Positions 24,801-39,800 of a stretch of 64,000 nucleotides of DNA are shown in pieces. The notes beneath the pieces were generated by a model. It saw only the letters and a list, made by a program, of their open reading frames with translations, was not told the origin of the DNA and searched no databases. Positions within the stretch are counted from its first letter, which is position 1. Each line of letters opens with the position of its first letter. The DNA is from Owenia fusiformis. Its lineage: Eukaryota. A program made the translations under genes and the position numbers. Location of the stretch: the NCBI GenBank assembly GCA_903813345.2, contig CAIIXF020000001.1:37510001-37574000 (forward strand). Reading direction: 5' to 3'.

Positions 24801-27800
24801 TATCACGTGGCTGAAAGTCTCGTAAATTATCGAAAAATAACGAAATTTATCGAATGTGGCATTCGGTATTTACCGAATATAAATAATTTAAATACCGAAT
24901 GTACAAATAATTAATTGAATTATACGTGCGTTAAGGAAAACAAATTGATTCGCTGCATCACACAAATACATGTATCAATATCAAATGTGAATTGAGAGGT
25001 TAAGCTTTGCATATATAATCGAAACTGAACCTGTACGTATCACTCGACCATATACAAATTCATGTAGCCTTCTCATATAAATAGCCGTTCAAATCCAGTG
25101 TTTGTTTAGACTACACCATAGCGTGTAATGATTCTATAGTATGTCATTGATGCGGTTTTATAGCTGGTTTTCTAATACATATTTTAAACGAGCTCGTTTC
25201 GTAAGATTTTTGGCGCTAAATCATGCATGACATACATCATCGTGTTCAGCAAGAATTCAACTGTGCATCGAAATCAAAATTGACAGCATAGTGTTCAATA
25301 GACACGAGTAAAATGGTTCCCGTTGACCCAAACGTCAAATTTCAAAATCTCCCGTTCTAAACCCGAAACTCTGAAGCTGAAAGAGTATCTGAAGTAGACT
25401 AAGCGCGCATAAAACTATGAGCGCTCGATACATTCCTTTGTTAATTTTTGTACTTTGCGTTCACGGTTACGTTGTGAAAAACATCGTTAGCTTAACCTCT
25501 CCAATGTCAATACAAAGAACGAGTGAAACTATTTAGCGAATATAAATTGTATAGATTATTACATTTGATAAAATAAAAAACACATTCGATAGATTGGGTA
25601 AAGGTTTGGTAAATTGTTTGTTTTATTGGGTATTTATGGAATATTAATGTACCGAATAAAGAAGCAGTTTAAACACCATACAAGTGAAGTACCCATGATA
25701 ATAAAAATATAAATCAAACAATTCGAAAAATTATGAATAGGGACCCCATGTCAACCTTTTTTCAAAATATTGAACCTATTTACTCAAAAGAGGATCTGAC
25801 TGAGGATATGACTGTCTAAAATCACTTGCCATACTGCACGTGGTCTTTTGTAAACAAGCTACAGTATATGAACTCATTTATCATGTTTGATCTGGAAAGA
25901 TAAAACGTTAATCTTCACAATAGTGTGGTTTGCTTCTTAAAAGCTTCGTCTCATTGACTAGCCCTGTATTCCAGGGTAATAGAAGGTTCTATATTCACAA
26001 AACTAAAGGTTCTTAAAAATTCTAAAACTTCTAAAATGTTATGCATCATCACATTGCATCATGAACAGTTGTGTTCGGTTGAGTTCGACAACTCTTAAAT
26101 GAAAATGGGTCGAACGAGAAATGTTTGCTGTCACTATTAAAGTTAAATTAGTCATTTTGATCTACATATGACATTACATATTAATTGACCGCAAACCTTG
26201 AAACTCGGGTAGCAACTGTCAGCTATCGGGTTTATTGTAATTTGATTTTTTAGATACAATAAGTGCCTGCCATGCATTCCAATGGCTACAAGCTATCGAG
26301 TCAAACCAAGTCGCCTAACTTAAGAACGTGTAAACATAATCTGCCTATTTAACAGCTTTTAACACTAACTACACCCAAGTCACATTTGTGGTATGGCAGC
26401 CGTACGTCAACCGCAAATCAATTAAATCAGTGAATTTCTACGGAGAATATAGGCCGTAAACTACAGTCGCCTTGCGGTCTCCGTACGGTGTATCCAGTTT
26501 TTACAGGCCGCAAGGTAGCCGTAGATGTTATAACTCGGAGTTATACTTAATTTTTTGTTCATTTCTGCGGTCCTCGTAGAAATCAACAGGCCGTTGCCAG
26601 ATCTCAGAACGGTCCCATGGAGGTCGCTCGTCGGGCTTAGTACGTTGGCTTGCCTCTGCCGTAGTGCTTTAATGGGTTATATCAGACTGGTTATATATAT
26701 ACCTTTGGAAAAAAAATTTCGGGTCAGGTTTGCTCTAATATTTTTGCAGTGAACACAATGCAATAGGTATACTGCATGTACTAATGTAAATAAAATAAAA
26801 TGCAATCGCTGAAGGAAATGTGACTGCAAATTAAAAAGTATCCTATCGCAGAAATTCTACGGGGAGTATAGGAATGTTACTGATTGCAGAAATGATAGAC
26901 CGTACGGTCACCGTAGGAAATGTGACAGGGATGTAAGTTAACTCGCTAAAGTTAGTTCGTTATTTCAACTTCAAAGCGACGGTTTTAAATTAACGCAAAA
27001 CAGGTTGCCTTCGAGATTTCTAGCTTCTAGGTAAAATACAACTTAGTGAAATAACAAACTACCATTAAAAGCTTTCAATGAGCTAGTTACGCTCATTGAA
27101 ACGAAGACTCAATGAGTTTCGAGTTACATTTCCAGAGAACAATAACAGAAGAACAAAATATAAAATCTTGGTGGAACAATCTGATATCTGACATGTTAAA
27201 AAGAAATCACGCAATGCGAAAAGTAAGAATAACCGAGTAAGCCCGAAGTGACTTAGAGGTTCAATAAACATTGCCTCTTTTGAAAGATTACAGTTACATT
27301 GATCAGGATAAGACATTTTATATTTCGTTATAAATCTTATAAAATGATTTACTTCAACGAATCTCCGTTAACTTGTGATTGAAACTTTTTTGCCTGTGAG
27401 TACTCAGATGATCGGACTTCACTTAATCTGTAGATTTTAAGGAGATTCACCATATGGTCTCAATTATAACCCTTTTCAATCCTTCATCATGACTCAAAAT
27501 TAGAAATCACCTTCTAATCCGAGCATGTCTGGGAAGTTCGTTTAAATATACCATAGAAAGTTTCAGCTGCATGTACGTTCATTTCATTCGCACAGAGCTT
27601 AAACCCAGTTCGGTAACCCTACTATCACACCAAACTAGTTCTCACTACGTTCTCGAACACGGGCTTAGACTGTGCACGAACGGATTTGACGTACTAAGAA
27701 CCAACTAAGAACCGTTTTGGATCTGTTTACAAACTTCATGAAACTACTAGAACGAGTAGGTCCTCCAGAACTAACCCCCCTATCACACCAAACTAGTTCT

Positions 27801-30800
27801 TACCCGTTCTTGCCAGTCCTACGAAAACGTCGTCAAACGGGCTCAATCTGGCTGTGGTCGTGAAATATGTCTGAAATAATTAGCTTCTTCGTTCTTAAAC
27901 AGTCTTCAATACGTCCATCTCGTTCGCAGTTCGTTCAGGTCGCACCACGTCGGAGTGCAACGTCGTAGAACGCGTCCCTTAGTCTAGAAGGTCAACATGA
28001 CCTGATTACAGAACGGTATGGTCGTCATCGAATTTTGAATCGATTCAAAATTCTAAAATCACATTCCCGTCTGAGAACGTTCATAAAGTTCGTAAATAGA
28101 CCTTAGAAAGTTGCATCTACGTTCATTCCGTTCGCACACAGTTTAAAACCGGTTTTGAAGAACGCAGTGGCAACTTGTTCGGTGTGATAGCTATATTTTT
28201 GCTAACTCGTTCATAAGCAGTGTTAAATACGTTCTTAATCAGTTTAAACCCGTTTGCAATTAGTTCTACCTCGTTCTCAACACGTCCGCAGACAGTTCAA
28301 CTCGTTGTTAAAACGTCCCTAGTAGGATTGAAGTACGACGGTTCCGTTCGTAGTACGTCCAGCTCGTCGTTAGTACGTTGTCACTCGTTCTAATTGTAGA
28401 ACGTAACGACCACGAGAACATTTTGAGCATTGTCTAAGTTCTAGAGGACCTACCCGTTCGAGTACGTTCGATGAAGTTTGTAAATAGATCCCAAACGGTT
28501 CTTAGTAGGTCCAGTCCGTTCGTATACAGTTGAAGCCCGTTTTCGAGAACGCAGTGAGAACTAGTTTGGTGTGATAGTAGGGTTAGAGCATGCTCAACAT
28601 TTTCTGGTGATCGTCAAAACGTTGCCGAATCGGTTTTATAAACTGTGTGCGAACTGAATGAACGTAGCTACAACGTTCTGCGGTCTGTTTACGAACTTCA
28701 TGGACTTTACCGGACGGATAATGTGATTCAGAATTTTGAATCGATTCGACCGATTTTGATTCGATCGGGGTAACGTTATGAAGAAGCAGTGACAAATAGT
28801 TTGGCGTGATAGCTATTTTTGCTAACTCGATCTTGAGCAGTCTTTAATATAATACATGATTAAGGAGTTGAGCTGTCTGGAAATTAGGCAGATAATTCAA
28901 TAATATATCATGGAGTATTGAGAACGAAGTAGAACTAATTGCAAAATTAATGGGGTTGAACGCTATTTTACCCAATCTAAACTTGATAGCATTTTATTTG
29001 TACTGCAGACGGAATAAAGACGAGATCGACGAATCAAAGACTTGCTTATGAACGAGCAAGCTATCACACCATCTAGTTGTCACTGCGTTCTTCGAAGCGT
29101 TGCTGAACTGGTTTTATGTGGTTGACCAAGTGGTACAAAGTTACGTTGTAATGCGGACGACCGTAAGGTCGTTAATATACGACCGCAAGAACGTAAATGT
29201 ACGACCATATAAAATTACGTCGTTAAGGTCGTTTTTACGGTTCAAAGAACGAAAACTTACAACCTCATAGTCGTAATGTTTACGACCGTAAGGTCGTAAA
29301 TATACGACCGCAAGAACGTCAAGATTATGATAACCCATTTAATGAATGCCCCTTATAAAAAGTTAAAATGGCAGGTGTTACTTAATACCACTGTGTCGGT
29401 GATATCTAGAGTATGAGACTTGCGAAAATAAGATATCCTCATCTTTATACCCCCACCCTATAATTCTAGCGGGTCAGAAGAAAATAAACTTTAATTCATA
29501 ACTTTTGAAGTACATGAGATACTTAATTTTTCACCAAAATTATGAAATAACATCAGTAATGAAGAAAAAATATTTTGAATAATTTAACCGTTTAACTGCC
29601 ATAAAACTATTAAATGACGAAATGATGATATACCACTTTACTGTAATTGCCTTCATATGATGTTACAACTTTTGAAATAATTCCTAAAAATGCATCTATA
29701 CATGTATATGTATAATAGATGTGCAAAATATTAGAAGTGTATCTTCCATAAAGACAGTGAACCCCCCCCCCTACCCAGATATTTGAGGGGGTCAAATGAA
29801 AATGGACTTTAATTCATAAATTTGGAAGTATATGAGGTACAAACTTAATTTTTCACCAAAATTTATGTAATAACATCAGTTATTACAAATAAGCTAATTT
29901 GCATAATTTTACCCTTATACTGTCATAAAAACCGTTAAATGACGAAGCGATAAAATACGACATCTACTTTTATTGACTTCTCGACATGAAGTTATAACTT
30001 ATGAAATAATTCCTAAAAACGCATCTATATATGTATAACAGATGTGCAAAATATTAAAAGTGTATCCTACATAACGACCGTGAACATTTTTCCCCCTACC
30101 CAGATATTTGAGGAGGGGTCAAATGAGAATGGACTTTAATTCATAACTTTGGAAGTATATGAGGTACAAACTTAATTTTTCACCAAAATTAATGTAATAA
30201 CATCAGTAGTTCGGAAAAATATATTTGATATGAAAATAAGCTAATTTGCATAATTTAATATTTTGCTAGACTTGTACTTATCAATAAATAAGGTAAAAGT
30301 ATCTGCCATTTCTTCAGATTTTACCCAATCCTCATAAAATTTGCATAGATAATGTTCAAACATTATTGAATCAATAAATTAAGTTACAGATCAAAGTGTT
30401 GAGATTGGTTGAAATTATGGTTGCCATAACAACTGAAAGCATGAAGACCCGGGCAACTATCAAGAAACTAATTTTTCAGTTGAAGCACTTCTGGTAATAT
30501 ATTTCAAATCACAATTGAAATGGCATATCATATTTATTTACTATTTTATACCTTATAACTGTAACTCTACTAAATAAAAGTTAGTGAAAGGATTTAGTTC
30601 AAACCTTACATGCTGACACCTGAAGGATGCAGGAGCTCTGGCCGAGAAAGAATTTTTAAGATGGCAGTTAAATTCCAAAATGGCCGCCATTCTTCGTAAC
30701 AGAACGTAATCTTTGATGACTCAAAAACTAGTGGATGGATTTATTTCATATGCTGATGCCTAAAGACACAAGAGCTGCACTCCAAAAGACATTTACAAAA

Positions 30801-33800
30801 TGGCCGCCATTTTTCATAAATATGTAATCTTTGATAACTCAATTACCAGTGGCCGGATTTGGTTCAAATTTTATATGCTGATGCCTTGAGATAAGGAGCT
30901 CTGCTTGGGAAGAAATTTCAAAGATGGTACGACCTGAATTTCAAAATGGCTGTCATTTTTCAAATTTTATATGCAGATACCTAGGGACAAGGGAGCTCTG
31001 TTCAAGAAGAAATTTTCAAGATGGCTGCCATTTATCAAAATAGTTTTTGTTCGGTGGGATTTGCTACTCCGTGGAGTTGCTGATTTCTAGTAATTACATA
31101 AAACATTTGTGACATCTGATTTTCGTTAATAAATACAATGGTGTTCAAACATGGCTTATGACTGAAATTACAGACTTAATATGAGATTATATTGGTGTTG
31201 GTATTGAGAGTCGAGCCTTGTTATTGTAAAGCAGTTGAAAGACAACAGAATCATATTATTTGGCATTGCAAGTGGTACACCATTCGCAAAGTTAATAAAG
31301 ATGAAACGGTTTTAGAATATTTGAATTAAGTAAGCGTTTGGTATTTAGAGACATAACAAAGAAAGATATGAGGCGAAATTCTCTAAAACTAAAACAATTT
31401 TATATCGAGGTTGCTTGCTAGATCTGATAATACCTTTGGAATCTCTTTTCTCAAACTACTCGATGGTTTATGGAAAATATTCAGGACCTTTTTGTATATT
31501 TTATGTAAAAAAAATTATAATAATAATCAAAGCAATCGTAAATTGCCCCAATAATGGATTCTCCCTATTAACACGCAATTCCTAAATCTATCCACTTTTG
31601 ATACGGTATTATGAAAAATATTTATATTATAGTTTGCGTGCACTTTGATTTTATTGATTTTTATTGTGTACATAGTTGTTGATCAAATAATTTAAGCCCA
31701 GGACGCAATGCATTGTAGAATGGTTTAACAAAGTACGTCTTGTTTCTCGACCTTTGAATGAGTGTACATTGTTGAAGAATTGGGAGGATATGAGACCAAT
31801 GAGGAAGATATAATGGGACTCCCAAGTAAGCCCTTGCATAACAAAAACCTTGTGATAATGATCATAATAGAGAGATTTCGCAACTCACTTATAGCATGTT
31901 TATCATTACCGTTAAACGTATAACGAAAAAGTCCAGTGTGTGTAATAAACTATTTAAAACATAATTTATTTGTATTTCGTGTGAGTTAAGCGAATAATCA
32001 GAGATGAACTCATTTAAGGTATCTGCTAAATAATAGAGAGCTTCCGATATAAGTTATTTGGATTACGTATACGCAAACCTGAACGTGTACAAGTCAGGTA
32101 TAGCACTAGGGAGGAAGTTGTTGCCAGGATATTTAAACTAGAAAACAGCAACGCCAAAGCGTAGCAAATCCCATCGAACAGCCATGGCTGGCATTTTTAT
32201 AAAGAAAGTACAAATGTACTGTATATAGCAAAAATCGTAAAATAATAACAATGGCCGCCTACTTGCCAATATGTCATGAGACAGTGTCACTGTCATGCTT
32301 ATGAGTATTCACATCGTCTACATTTCAAATACCGCCACGACACCAATCAAGAGCCTCTCAAAAGTACATTGACCAGTGTGATATTGTTAACGAGGAAATA
32401 ACAAAGGCAAAACTTGAGAAATTAAACTCCCTTAACTATGGTAGCAAGTCTTACTGGTCGGTTATCTCTAAACTTTTATTCAAAACTAAAGTTATTGAAA
32501 TTCCTATTTTTACCAACCAAAACGGCTCTTCTATACTCACAAGCACAGGAAAGGCTAATTTATGTCTTGATTTATGTCTTGACCATTTCATCAAAAATGT
32601 TCATTCTGATCAAAACATAGATACAGGGAGATTTATGAAATTATTTTATCACTCGATGATAGTAAAAGCTTAGGTCTTACTCTTGCCAGCTAAAATTCAA
32701 TTCAATTTATTTATTTCATAATTCTTATATAATATACACTATAAAAACAAGCCGCTAGACACCCTAGTGGGTATATGTTGCGGTTTAACAGAAATTTTTT
32801 AAATGACATCTAGACTACATACGAGAGAAAGCACTTATATTATGTTACATGTAGGTATAGAAAATGGTATTTACAATTACTTGAAGGATGTACAATGTAG
32901 AAATGTTACAAAAAATCAGGTACCAGTATAAAATCAACAATACATTATAATATTGGTATTATACATTATCGATAGATGAGTAGTTTTTTATATGAAGATT
33001 TGAAAATATTTAGAGTGGAGCATTTTTTAATATCATCTGGTAGAGCATTCCAAAGATTAGGACCTAGATAGCGAAGGGAAAGTTTAGAGCATTTAGGGAT
33101 ATGAAAATAATGCATCTGTCTTGTGTTATGATGATGGACATTAATGTTGATATCAAACAAGTCTTGAAATAGATTTTTTGGAAGACTGGGGTGTTTATTA
33201 AAGATTTTGTACATGAGCTGACCAGTACAATATCTATTAACATCAAAAATACTTAATATTTTAAGATCTTTAAATAGGGGAGCGGAGTGAGAAAGTCTAT
33301 CCTTAATTAAAGCTAGACTTAAGAATTGTTTCTGCAGTTTATGTAGATAATCATAAAATGATTTAAATGTGTTACCCCAGATTATGTTGCAATAATTTAA
33401 TTGAGAGTGTATCAATGTGTAGTAAATTGTTTTGAAACTGTCTATTTGAAGTAGATGTTTAATGTGATAAAGAGAACCAATAACATGAGAAATCTTTGTT
33501 TCAACAGATTTTATGTGCTCTTTAAATTTCAGGTTTTATCAATAATAATTCCAAGAAAGTCAATTTTTTCCCGGAAATTTATGTTCTCATTGCGTATTTT
33601 AAGATTCAGATTTGTTTGATTTCTTTTGGGTCCAAATAGAATAGCATATGTTTTGCCAATATTAAGTGAAAGTTTGTTTGCTTTTATCCAGTCATCTATT
33701 GAATTCAAGTTTGCATTAGTTCTAGTCATAAGTTCATTTCAATTATAATCACTATCAAGAAGATTGGTGTCATCAGCAAACATAATACATTTTAGATTAG

Positions 33801-36800
33801 GGGCAACAATAGGCAGATCATTTATGTAAAGAATGAATAACAGTGGTCCAAGTACCGAGCCCTGTGGAACGCCACAATTTAGAGATGATTGTCTAGATTC
33901 ATCATTGTTAATGGTGACATATTGTTTGCGATCTTTTAAATAACTTTCAAACCAGGACTTAGCTATTCCTCTGATGCAATAATATTCAAGTTTATGTATC
34001 AAAATGTCATGATTAATTGTGTCAAAGGTCTTGGAAAAATCTAATGTTATGCCAATGCTTGTTTTTCCCAAATCAGTTGATTTTCGAATTTGTTCAATGA
34101 AATATAAAATGGCCATGTAGGTTGAATTGAATTTCTGAAATCCAAATTGATAAGTGAAATTAATTTCAAAACGTTCTAAAAACCAGTGAGTTTGGCATGC
34201 GTGAGCTTTTCTAACAATTTAGAAAATACCGATAAAACTGAAATTGGTCTATAGTTAGAAGGATTTGTAGTGACACCTTTTTTAAATACAGGTGTTACTT
34301 TGGCCAATTTGAGGGCATCTGGGAAAATACCAGATTTAAGAGATAAGTTAAATATATACAAGAGTGGATCAATTAAAAGCTGTCTTGCAAACTTAATAAG
34401 TGATGGTAGAATCCCATCAGGTCCAGGCGAGGAAGATTTTAGAAGACACATTTCTTATTCAAGCTCAGTTTTTGAGGTCTTTTTGAGATAAATAGATGAT
34501 TGAACCATTTGAACTCTTGCTAGGTATTCATTGAAGCATTTTTTTGGATTTTGGAATCTCCTTGGCTAGATTTTTACCAATATTGGTAAAAAAAGATATA
34601 AAATCCATTAGAAATGGTTTCATGATCTGTTGTTTCCTTTCCATTTATAGTGAATTTAGATGGCAGTGCAGCTCTTTTGTTTTTTTCAAGTAGTTCATTA
34701 ATGATAGAAAAAGACTTTTTAATGTTACCACTAACTTGGGCAAACTTATTTTGATAATATGTACCTTTTGAATATTTGATTATGTGCTTAAGTTTATGGT
34801 TGAAGGACTTGTAAGCTTTCCCTGTTTTGCAACAGGGATTTTTCAAATATTTGGTATACAGCTTATTTTTAGTTTTGGCAAAAGTTAAGATGCCAGAAGT
34901 CAACCAGGGTCTATTTGGATCATAATTAACCTTGATAAATTTAGATTTGAGTGGAAATGAAGAATCATATTGTTCCATTAACAAGTTAATGAAGATATTA
35001 AATGCTATGTTTACATCTTGACTTTTATAGCAAGGAGTCCAGTCAACATTTGAGAGTTTCTCAAGAAATAATTGCTTATTAGAGTCATTAAAATTACGAT
35101 AACTGCTTAATGTTTTTTAGATGATATTTATGATATTTATCTGATAAAGTGTGTTTTGCTGTTGGATATTCTGCTATAGCTTCCAGCAATATTTTATAAA
35201 ATTCTCTAGATGTACATTTTAAAAAGTTGACTTCTGTATCGCTTTTTATTACCATTATATTCTCTAGAGATACCTGGTCATTCATATTTCCATTCGGTAC
35301 TCTTAACCAATCTGATGGTATTGCCTGAATGAGGCCAAACCATTTTAGCATATGATTATGTGAGAGTCCAGTTTGTATTTTGACCTGATTCCATGATTTA
35401 ACCATTCCATTAAGCATAACATCTTTGATTCTTAGAAAACCTTTATCATAAAATTCCTTCCAAAATATTGATTTATTTCTGATAACAATGTTCTCATTAT
35501 TCCAAATTATTTCATCCAATGCATTTTTCTTTGGTCTCCTTATAAGCATATATGCCTTTAAAAATATTATGATAAAATCTTGGGCTAATTGCATTTAGCT
35601 TATTTATGTCAAAATTGCAGTTTAGTAAAAGTAAAAGCCCGCCATATTTATGGAGATAATGATTTGGAATAATTGTCCTGTGATTCCTTTTTAGTATCAT
35701 TTAAAAGTTTTTGGGCCCATCTTAATTGAGAGGTTTGAATTTTGGTTTTGAGGTCGCTCATATTGAGTCCTCCTTTTTTAATTGTTGAAATAGGTGCTTT
35801 TCTTTTAATCTTGTCATTTCCGTTCCAAATAAATTTAAAGACAATTCCGTTTATTTCCTTTACATAACAATCATCTGTTTCAATAACCCCCCTATCACAC
35901 CAAACTAGTTCTTACCCGTTCTTGCCAGTCCTACGAAAACGTCGTCAAACGGGCTCAATCTGGCTGTGGTCGGGAAATATGTCTGAAATAATTAGCTTCT
36001 TCGTTCTTAAACAGTCTTCAATACGTCCATCTCGTTCGCAGTTCGTTCAGGTCGCACCACGTCGGAGTGCAACGTCGTAGAACGCGTCCCTTAGTCTAGA
36101 AGGTCAACATGACCTGATTACAGAACGGTATGGTCGTCGTCGAATTTTGAATCGATTCAAAATTCTAAAATCACATTCCCGTCTGAGAACGTTCATAAAG
36201 TTCGTAAATAGACCTTAGGAAGTTGCAGCTACGTTCATTCCGTTCGCACACAGTTTAAAACCAGTTTTGAAGAACGCAGTGGCAACTTGTTTGGTGTGAT
36301 AGCTATATTTTTGCTAACTCGTTCATAAGCAGTGTTAAATACGTTCTTAATCAGTTTAAACCCGTTTGCAATTAGTTCTACCTCGTTCTCAACACGTCCG
36401 CAGACAGTTCAACTCGTTGTTAAAACGTCCCTAGTAGGATTGAAGTACGACGGTTCCGTTCGTAGTACGTCCAGCTCGTAGTTAGTACGTTGTCACTCGT
36501 TCTAATTGTAGAACGTGACGACCACGAGAACATTTTGAGCATTGTCTAAGTTCTAGAGGACCTACCCGTTCGAGTACGTTCGATGAAGTTTGTAAATAGA
36601 TCCCAAACGGTTTTTAGTAGGTCCAGTCCGTTCGTATACAGTTGAAGCCCGTTTTCGAGAACGCACTGAGAACTAGTTTGGTGTGATAGTAGGGTTAAAT
36701 GTTCTGAAGCTGAACAGCCATCTACTTCTCAATACACTTACATAGTAAACTAAATACTGAACTAATAAAGCTAAATTTTGACAGCCCAAAAGTTTTTACG

Positions 36801-39800
36801 ATCTGTATTTTACCTAAAATTGTCAAATTTCTACTTTGCCATAGGCTAAATACCTGCTTAAGGTGATTAATTGTCGACTTAAAATTTTTCTCTGCTTTGA
36901 GCTTTCTATCATAATTAAAATACACTCCAAGAATTTTAATTTCTTGAACTTGTTTCAAATGTTCTCTCAATCAAATTGTCACTAACACTGAAAGCATCAC
37001 CATTAACAATGTTAATTGTCAAAACGTATTTAAAGTTAACAATTAGCAAAGATAAGAACTTCATCAATGTGTTAATATTTGCACCCAGCAGTACATTTGA
37101 TCCTAGATTTCCTACAGGAGTAATACATTGGCACTGACTAATAAGCTTTGCATTATATTGGACAGTGCATGCCTGGTATGAATGTACACTGTGTAGATAA
37201 ATAAATTTGACATATATTTTAATGTGATTTTCACCTCCATCTTCTATTTCATAATTATTTTCATTTATTTATTGACTGTAATTTCATCGGTACTATCAAT
37301 TAAGAAATATAGACCGAAAAGCAGGGGTTATATCGTCGAATACACCCCGCAGGGCTAGGCACAAACGTTTTCTGTACCCCAAACGACAGAAGGGAGTGAG
37401 GGGTTCGAAAGCTTTTGTGCCTAGCCCTAAGGGGTGTTTTCGACGATATTACCCCTGCTCTGAGGTCTATATTACGATTCGAACATGAAAACTCACCAAA
37501 TTGTTTCGAATATTCATCATGGTCCGCCATTACTACGACCCACCGTTATGACGTCACACATTACACGTGTTAACTGGGTTATTGATCTCGAATATAACCC
37601 AGCTGAAGCATTGACTTTGTTCACAGTTTATAGAAGGCGTGAATACAGTCATGTTTGAATTAAATATCAAGCATGTTACGAAAACTCTTTGTGAAACCCT
37701 TAGCACACGAGTCATGATCAAGACCGAGTGTCTTCTAAGCGTGGTACATCAAAATATGTGTGTGTAAAATGTTGTGTGTCTAGCTACAGGCTCTGTGTGA
37801 GAAGATGTTTACTCAAGTTGAGGGGCTTGTAGCTAGACTACCTTAATTAAAAAATAATACAACGTGACTTGATTATGGGTTACTTACAGTACAGTATAGT
37901 AAAAATAACCATTTGGTATATCAAATAAGCATGTACTTTTATGTGATAACAGACTTATAGTAGCTTCCTTATGAGAGAATCTAAGGAGAGACAATGCTGC
38001 AATGCTGTAGTGTGATTATGATTGGTTTAGTAGTTCATTAAAATCAATCAAAGCAGATTGAGTACTGTAATCTATGGATTTTTCAAAACACTGTTGCACA
38101 TGTCCAGCATGAAACAATTGTCACGTTGACCATGCTGTTTTGGTATTTATGTGGTGATCAACACTGGTTGTATTGATTGAACTAGTTAAGAAATGAGGAA
38201 TTTTATATTAATTAATCGTCTAATTAATGCCTTTCGACACCTCGTTCGCCTTTGCAAATCTCACAAATCGTTTGTAAGATATATAGGATTATATTGATAC
38301 AGGTATCTAGGCTTCTCGCCAAAATGTAAAAAACTCTCTCTTTCTAGAGGCTTTTATGTAATAAAATTCTAGACTATAGCTCATATAACGACGCATCACA
38401 ATTCCTTTTTATCTAAAGCTGAACAATCAACAATGACGTTTCCAAGTAATCAGTGCGACACTAGGATGAACTAATACAGAAATTAATTATTGCCATTAGG
38501 AACATATGTGTTCATTTCCCCCTTTGTTTGTGAGCTTTATTGTATTACAACGATTACTGTTTCCCTGTGGATGTAGACTGCAGAGGTCAAGTCTATGGGC
38601 TGGGTGTTGAAGTCGCTCGGCTTACAATCTCACAGCAGGGGCGGATCTGGGAACCAACAAGGGGGGGGGGGGGGGGGGGGTGGGGTTGAAAATTTCAGGT
38701 CAGAGGAAAAAACGTCCGCGTTTGCGCGGAAGAAAATTTTGGGCCTAAAACCCAAAAGTTGGCCCAAATTTTGAAACTTTGAGGGCCATTTTCTTCAAAA
38801 TATGGCCTAAAATTAAAAAATAAGGCCTTCAAAGGCCCAGTAATGACCAAAAAGGCCCACTTTTTGGGGCCCGAAGGCCTTTTTTGGCCCAAAACTTTTT
38901 TTGGGCCCAATTAATTTTTCTGGGCCCACCCAAGGGGGGGGGGGCTTAGGAAGTGAAGTTGAACGTTGATGTGGAGAAGAAATGCTAAATTGGTTGCCCG
39001 AATAATCCTTTGTATCATCTTGCCTCATATCTCCACCGATATCGTATCCAGCAGCTAGTCTCCTCCTCTCAATGGCAAGCATGCCCTTAATCCCTCCTAC
39101 CAGATTCAGCGGTGAGGTGGGCGTTGGTGGACCATGATAGTACTAACCCTACTATCACACCTAGTTCTCACTACGTTCTCGACAACGGGCTTAAACTGTG
39201 CAAAAACGGATTTGACGTACTTAGAACCGTTTCAAATTACCCGAACAAGTAGGCCATCCTGAACTTAAAGCATGCTCAAAATTTTCTGATGACGTTTCTG
39301 GTGACGTCACGTTCTGCAATCAGAACGAGTGACAACGTATTTAAAACGACATGGACGCACTGGGGACACACTTATTCGAACTGAACTGTCGTATTTTAGG
39401 TTACTAAGGACGTATTACGATGTTGTGTAGTCAGGCGTAAATTGCAGTCTTGAGTACACCGTTTGTATCTTATGAATGAATTAACAAAAATAGCTACCAC
39501 ACCAAACAAGTTGTCATTGCGTTCTTTAACACATTGCCGAACTGGTTTTAAACTGTGTGCGAACTGCGTGGACGTAGCTACAACGTTTTACGGTCTATTT
39601 ACGAACTTCCTGGACTTGCCCGGACGGGGAAGGTGATTGGGAATTTTGAATCAATTCAAAATCCGATGGCGACATGGGGGTTCTGTTATCAGATCGTCTG
39701 ACAACGTACTTCAAACGAGATGACCTCCCAGACCAGGAACGTGATTATCGTACATCAACCATACTACAGATGCGTTATACGACATTGTGCAATCGGATAT

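Noticed and set aside
38695..39082. Pro/Gly/Lys-rich ORFs
   Set aside because: They arise from low-complexity ggccc/aaaa/tttt repeat sequence also seen near 11070 and 46170
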